DNA of 64,000 nucleotides from NCBI RefSeq assembly GCF_056712565.1, contig NZ_CM160072.1; one strand, 5' to 3'. Shown piece by piece: positions 62,387 to 64,000 of this stretch (position 1 is its first letter; each line of letters starts with the position of its first letter). The notes under the pieces were generated by a model. It saw only the letters and a program-made list of their open reading frames with translations, ran no database searches and was not told where the DNA came from. The position numbers and the translations under genes were made by a program.

Positions 62387-63799
62387 TTACGGTACCGGAT
62401 TGACCAACAGTTGCCCAATCGAGCCACGGTCCGCCATTTCCAGCGTCTGACTGTTGAAGTAGAACGGGAAGTGCGCCCAGGAAGGCTGACCGAAATAAAC
62501 AAGCAGCTCCACTTGTCCGTCAACCCAAACGGTATCTTTCCAGCCTCTGTCTTCCGGGAACGGCATCGCGCCATTCACGTTACGGATCTGGAACATCACG
62601 CCTTCAATATGGAACGCTTGCGGCTCGTCCGCGCGCACCGTCCAGCGTTCCCACGTTCCTTGCTGCGCAGTAACATCAATACGGTTGACGTCCCACAACT
62701 GCCCATTAATCCCCGGGTCATCACCCAGGCTGATATCACGACTTCGAATCGGCGAACCGGCCATGATTTCAGTTGGCAGCAAGCGCATCGGAAGACTGTC
62801 TGTGACCAGCGGCAGAAGGCCGGTTGGGCGCAGCGTTAGCACCAGCGTAGAAACCAGAATGCTGGATGGCTCAAAGAAGCCACGAATACGATCAACAATG
62901 CTCGCCGCTTCGCCACAGGTAATCGACACTTCATCACCGTTGCTCATATCCACCAGAATCTCACGACGCTCGCCCGGTGCCAGCGAAAGTTGCTTCACCG
63001 ATACAGGAGCGGGCAGGAATCCTTGATCGCCAGAAATCACATGTAACGGGCGACCATCGCTCATCTGTAGTTGATAGCGACGAGAGTTCGACGCGTTCAA
63101 CAGACGCAAGCGCACCCAGCCACGCGAGACTTCAACGTACGGGCTTTGTACACCGTTAACCAGTAGCGTATCGCCAACAAAGCCGCCGCTTCCCGGTTCG
63201 TTATATTCTGGCGTACCAAAGTTATCCAGCCGTTTATCCTGAATAATGACAGGAAAATCATCCACACCATAATGGTTGGGGATAGGCAGCGATTTACTGA
63301 CTTCATCTTCCACCAGCCACATTCCGGCAAGGCCGTTATAAACCTGCTGAGCCGTGCGGTTGGGAGTATTGGCGTGATACCACAGAGTAGCTGCGTTCTG
63401 GCGAATGGGCAGTACGGGTGCCCAGTCAGCATTTGGCGACATCATCCGTGCCGGACCGCCCATCAGCGGGCCAGGTACCTGTAGCCCGGCCACCGTCATT
63501 GAGACATTTTCTGTCAGGCGGTTGCTGTAAATAAGCTTAACATCGTCGCCCTTCCAGACGCGGATAGTCGGCCCCAGGTAACGACCATTGATTCCCCAAA
63601 CCGACGCGCGTGTCCCTGGCGTAAATGACCAGTGCGCACGTTGTACAGTCATAAACAGCGGTTGCCCACGGCGAGATTCAAGCAGCGGCGGAACGGGTAG
63701 CGGTTGCTGTTGCCCGGCTGCGCTGGCCTTCAGGGGAACAGCGCCTGCACAAAGTGCAATCCCCGATGCCTGAATGAACTGACGCCGACTGAGTGACAT
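62387..63799 (-). CDS. ftsP: Cell division protein FtsP (SufI), multicopper-oxidase fold, Tat-exported, 470 aa
   Basis: Tat signal SRRQFIQASG; 470 aa; sequence matches FtsP from memory. Confidence 0.92.
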   Translation of the reverse strand: MSLSRRQFIQASGIALCAGAVPLKASAAGQQQPLPVPPLLESRRGQPLFMTVQRAHWSFTPGTRASVWGINGRYLGPTIRVWKGDDVKLIYSNRLTENVSMTVAGLQVPGPLMGGPARMMSPNADWAPVLPIRQNAATLWYHANTPNRTAQQVYNGLAGMWLVEDEVSKSLPIPNHYGVDDFPVIIQDKRLDNFGTPEYNEPGSGGFVGDTLLVNGVQSPYVEVSRGWVRLRLLNASNSRRYQLQMSDGRPLHVISGDQGFLPAPVSVKQLSLAPGERREILVDMSNGDEVSITCGEAASIVDRIRGFFEPSSILVSTLVLTLRPTGLLPLVTDSLPMRLLPTEIMAGSPIRSRDISLGDDPGINGQLWDVNRIDVTAQQGTWERWTVRADEPQAFHIEGVMFQIRNVNGAMPFPEDRGWKDTVWVDGQVELLVYFGQPSWAHFPFYFNSQTLEMADRGSIGQLLVNPVP

Positions 63800-63873
63800 A
63801 TTTGCTCCATGTAAAACTGGCTAAAGTAATACCGTGCAGGAAAGTGTTCCCCGCAAAAATACAGATTGCCGAC

Positions 63874-64000
63874 TTAAACTTTTCCGGCGGCTTCGCGTTC
63901 TGCGACTTCTTTATCGAGCTCGGCGATTTTTTGTTCCATTATCGAACGACAATGGGCAGCCAACTCGCGAACCTGATCTTTGCCATACTGACTGACGTCA
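63874..64000 (-). CDS. plsC: 1-acyl-sn-glycerol-3-phosphate acyltransferase, 3' end only (truncated by window edge)
   Basis: Reverse-complement of 63874-63930 translates to ...KIAELDKEVAEREAAGKV*, recognised as the PlsC C-terminus. Confidence 0.7.
   Translation of the reverse strand, partial: DVSQYGKDQVRELAAHCRSIMEQKIAELDKEVAEREAAGKV

Overview
This window reads as a contiguous stretch of an Escherichia coli chromosome, roughly the pppA-yghJ ... ftsP-plsC region; all identifications come from reading the ORF translations against remembered protein families, with no database search run. Most of it is conserved core: T2SS-associated pppA and the SslE/YghJ lipoprotein metalloprotease, the glycolate operon glcDEFGBA with glcC, pitB, gss, yghU, the hydrogenase-2 operon hybOABCDEFG, yghW, gpr(yghZ), yqhA, yghA, exbBD, metC, yghB, yqhC-yqhD-dkgA, yqhG, yqhH, ygiQ, ftsP and the 3' end of plsC. 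Two segments stand out as accessory. (1) Between yghO and yghQ (about 17.0-24.7 kb) sits a tightly coupled cassette: fatty acyl-AMP ligase / acyl-ACP synthetase, NAD-dependent epimerase-type reductase, acyl carrier protein and serine-palmitoyltransferase-like alpha-oxoamine synthase, flanked by the GNAT-like YghO and facing an export-looking operon (MOP flippase YghQ, a hypothetical, a YtfJ-like periplasmic protein, and an LptF/LptG-like permease pair with no ATPase) plus three paralogous P-loop proteins YghR/S/T. This gene set resembles the bacterial ceramide/sphingolipid-type pathway and is my best candidate for an uncharacterised lipid biosynthesis-and-export system. (2) Between ygiQ and ftsP (about 54.6-62.4 kb) is a roughly 7.8 kb cassette: GntR/FadR-type regulator, mannitol-dehydrogenase-family oxidoreductase, Zn-dependent dehydrogenase, Ldh_2-family dehydrogenase and a DctPQM TRAP transporter, most likely a sugar-acid catabolic island. 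No rRNA, tRNA, CRISPR array, transposase or integrase was seen. Gene starts were refined from the ORF track by in-frame ATG position, remembered K-12 protein lengths and ribosome-binding-site context; coordinates include the stop codon.
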